Shown: positions 62,545 through 64,000 of the stretch, piece by piece
Layout: each line of letters begins with the position of its first letter
Position numbering within the stretch: position 1 is the stretch's first letter
DNA from: Ginglymostoma cirratum
Lineage: Eukaryota
Assembly: GCA_024137785.1 (NCBI GenBank)
Contig: JAHRHZ010000140.1
Coordinates: 33,708,805 to 33,772,804 of the forward strand
DNA: 64,000 nucleotides
Direction of reading: 5' to 3'
Program-made: the position numbers and the translations under genes
The notes under the pieces: model-generated
The model's database searches: none
What the model saw: the letters and a program-made list of their open reading frames with translations, nothing else
What the model was told of the DNA's origin: nothing

Positions 62545-62655
62545 ATCAGTTAACTCTGCTTTTCTCTCCACACATGATACTTGACCTGCTTGAATATTTT
62601 TAGCATTTTCTGTTTTTATTTCAGTTTTTCAACACCTACAGAATATTGATTTCTA
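62545..62655 (+). mobile_element. Old PLE pseudo-LTR tail
   Basis: gttaactctgcttttctctccacacatga...gacctgct..agcattttctgtttttatttcag, lacking the hammerhead core. Confidence 0.55.
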
Positions 62656-62679
62656 ATCTCTGCACAGCTCTAAATCCAC

Positions 62680-63400
62680 TTGTCTACATTCCTTTTGACA
62701 CCATCAGATCAATTTTTTTGAATTCTCTTTCCTAACACAGAGCTGCTTCCATTCAGAATGCATTTATAAATTTGCAGGCATTCATTCATTCAAAAAGTAG
62801 TCTCCCATCTGCCTTTCTTTTGCTAATCACGCATGTAACAATCTTATAAAAGAAGTGCTCCTAAAACCCAAATATGGGTTCCATAACATTTCTCCACTTC
62901 ATCAAAAATTCCATCAAGACGAATTGATCCACAACTCATTAACCTCCCTTGCCTTTTAATAACATTTGCTACCTTCCAATTCTTTCTACAACTGGCTTCT
63001 AAATATTTCTTGTTGATTATGGTTAGCATCTAGAGACTCTCTTTTCACCAGAATTTCAATGCAAACTGTCTAACGTTTTTCTGCTTTTCGTGCTTTAACA
63101 TTTTTAGCTTTTGTATGTCTGACTTCAGTCATGAATCTTGCCTCATTCTCCTTCTGAATTTGGCATTCTTATTTTCAATACTTTCCGTGAAAATTGATGA
63201 AAAATATTTATTAAACATTAGAACCAGCCTATAATTATGACATCAGCAACTCCTTTCATCCTGCTCTTTTCTCACTAATCTCCATTTCTTGTCAGTTTAT
63301 GCAAACTGCAGTTTCATGTTGAGGATCAGTCTTTGTTTATAATCCTTCAGAGAGTTCCAAATCTCTCATATCTTTCTGCTTCTCCTCTGAATTTTGTATG
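62680..63400 (-). mobile_element. Very old CR1 ORF2 fragment
   Basis: Minus strand NWKVANV.K and LDGI patterns, and ctacattccttttgac (reverse-complemented SKAF-region like). Confidence 0.4.
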
Positions 63401-63548
63401 TTTCCTAGTTTTCTCTTTATTCTTTCCTTGCTTTTGTAATTTATTTTTATTAGTTCATGGAATGCGGGAATCACTCATGAGTCAGCATTTCTTGCCATTC
63501 AGTGATTAAGGGGTTAGTAGAATGGTGAGTCACACTCTTGCATATTTT

Positions 63549-63868
63549 ATAGAACATAGAATCCCTGAAAACAGGCCATTCAGCCCAACAAGTCCATACC
63601 ACCACTCCGAAGAGCATCCCACCCAGACCCACACCCCATGTATAACCCACCTAACGTAACCCTGGACACTATGGACAATTTAGCATGGCCAATCCACCTA
63701 CCCTGCACATCTTTGGACTGTGGGAGGAAACCGGAGCACCCAGAGGAAACCCACAGAGGCACAGGGTGAATGTGCAAACTCCACAGACAGTCACCCAAGG
63801 GTGGAATCGAACCCAGGTCCCTGGTGCAGTGAAGGAGCAGTGCTAACCAGTGAGCCGTGGTGCCGCCC
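63549..63868 (-). mobile_element. HE1-type V-SINE
   Basis: Reverse complement of the full head (gggcggcacc..), V-core and tail, matching 6651-6956. Confidence 0.9.
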
Positions 63869-64000
63869 CTATTTGCAGTCCATGCAGTAATGTAAAAACA
63901 CCCAAAGTGCTTTTAGGAGGCAAGTTCCAACTTTCCAATCCATAAACAATGAAGGAGCAACAATATCTTTCCAAGTGAAGATGTGTTTGGTTTGGAGAAG

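Overview
AT-rich vertebrate genomic DNA, most likely from a cartilaginous fish. The inference rests on HE1-type V-SINEs, HER1/CR1 LINE tails and Deu-type SINEs; a carpet shark is plausible but unproven. I found no confidently supported host protein-coding gene, rRNA, intact tRNA or CRISPR array, so the window reads as intergenic or deep intronic sequence packed with decayed mobile elements. These include CR1, L2, Rex1 and Tx1 LINE fragments, four SINE families, Gypsy pol remnants, Harbinger transposase and intron-containing Myb/SANT remnants, and several Penelope-like elements (PLEs). The most notable signals are minimal type-I hammerhead ribozyme motifs in three different PLE terminal-repeat types and a fold-back element built from two such ends. 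Also notable are a ~940-bp unit with 47-bp perfect terminal inverted repeats, a 175-bp orphan insert with a perfect 15-bp flanking duplication, and a ~103-bp duplication flanking a SINE. All family assignments are by eye from recalled motifs, no database search was run, and boundaries of old elements are approximate.
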